This document shows positions 63,644 through 64,000 of a DNA stretch of 64,000 nucleotides, piece after piece. Positions within the stretch are counted from its first letter, which is position 1. Each line of letters begins with the position of its first letter. The stretch comes from Actinomycetota bacterium (GTDB taxonomy: Bacteria > Actinomycetota > Acidimicrobiia > IMCC26256 > PALSA-555). The notes below the pieces were generated by a model. That model was not told the DNA's origin. It made no database searches and saw only the letters and a program-made list of their open reading frames with translations. The stretch is from contig VGBI01000003.1 in NCBI GenBank assembly GCA_016870595.1, positions 534-64,533 on the forward strand, in the 5' to 3' direction. The translations under genes and the position numbers were made by a program.

Positions 63644-64000
63644 CTACGACCAGCCGGAGCCGGCGCCCCGGACCATGCCGAACGGCCCGGCCGGCCAGCG
63701 GAAGCAGTCGACCATCAGCTGGTCGACGTCGTTGCGGGTGGCGACACCCTCCTGGACCACCCGCTGTGCCTCGCGGATCATGGCGAAGTAGACGCGGTTC
63801 GCGACGAAGCCCCAGCTGGCGTCGGTGTCGTTGACCACGATCGGGTTCTTGTCGCAGCGGCGGGCCAGGGCCGTGACGGTCTCGACGGTCGCGTCGGCGG
63901 TGAGCGGGGTCCGGACGATCTCGGCCATCCGCATCACCGGCGCGGGTGACGCCCAGTGCCAACCGATCACGAGCTCGGGTCGATCGGTCGCTGCGGCGAT
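63644..64000 (-). CDS. 3-hydroxyacyl-CoA dehydrogenase family protein, C-terminal part (gene continues past window end)
   Basis: GWHWASPAPVMRMAEIV...GFVANRVYFAMIREA...DVDQLM are typical 3HCDH motifs. The frame stays open to base 64000. Confidence 0.8.
   Translation of the reverse strand: MAAATDRPELVIGWHWASPAPVMRMAEIVRTPLTADATVETVTALARRCDKNPIVVNDTDASWGFVANRVYFAMIREAQRVVQEGVATRNDVDQLMVDCFRWPAGPFGMVRGAGSGWS

Overview
Very high-GC actinobacterial chromosomal segment. The lineage call rests on two WhiB-family regulators, a sigE/anti-sigma/htrA module, an F420-type LLM oxidoreductase, senX3-regX3-like genes and ppk1/MutT1-like synteny. Both strands are densely coding, with about 65 protein genes. 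Many junctions show 4-nt GTGA/ATGA or 1-nt stop/start overlaps, which indicates operons. I found no rRNA, tRNA, CRISPR array, transposase or integrase.

Layout:
- 0.5-4 kb: photolyase-family gene, DUF2256/DUF3253 gene, CASTOR/POLLUX-type channel.
- 4.4-19.8 kb: accessory-looking catabolic island (2 amidohydrolase-2 genes, TauD, acetoacetate-decarboxylase-like, FMN hydroxy-acid oxidase, D-2-hydroxyacid dehydrogenase, orphan molybdoenzyme, AKR, SDR, MFS, tandem-fused CoA-transferase, one HNH gene).
- 20-30 kb: housekeeping genes (xseAB, FGGY kinase, cbs plus cystathionine gamma-lyase).
- 30-33.6 kb: sdhCAB.
- 33.8-41.3 kb: ChlI/MoxR-like ATPase and its VWA partner, separated by about 4 kb of unrelated genes.
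- 41-49 kb: macrodomain, whiB, formimidoyltransferase, LLM, tatA, and a sigE / anti-sigma / RseB-like / (cNMP-binding, whiB) / htrA module.
- 49-62 kb: phosphate/polyphosphate supercluster (phoU, pstSCAB, senX3-regX3, surE, PhnZ-like HD protein, SixA-like, Nudix, CYTH-CHAD, ppk1).

Most interesting observations:
1. A GTTCACC-core direct-repeat motif resembling actinobacterial PHO boxes recurs in four intergenic regions (phoU/pstS, upstream of ppk1, upstream of the HD gene, and an unusual ~8-unit array upstream of a stand-alone cNMP-binding protein). This sketches a local Pho regulon.
2. A photolyase-family protein has reversed domain order and is translationally coupled to a zinc-ribbon protein.
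3. A MutT1-like Nudix/His-phosphatase is split into two overlapping genes. It carries a perfect 3 x 24-bp in-frame repeat and sits inside a ppk1/CYTH-CHAD operon.
4. An amidohydrolase gene appears frameshifted at a C5 run.

All functional calls come from motif recognition by eye. No database search was run.
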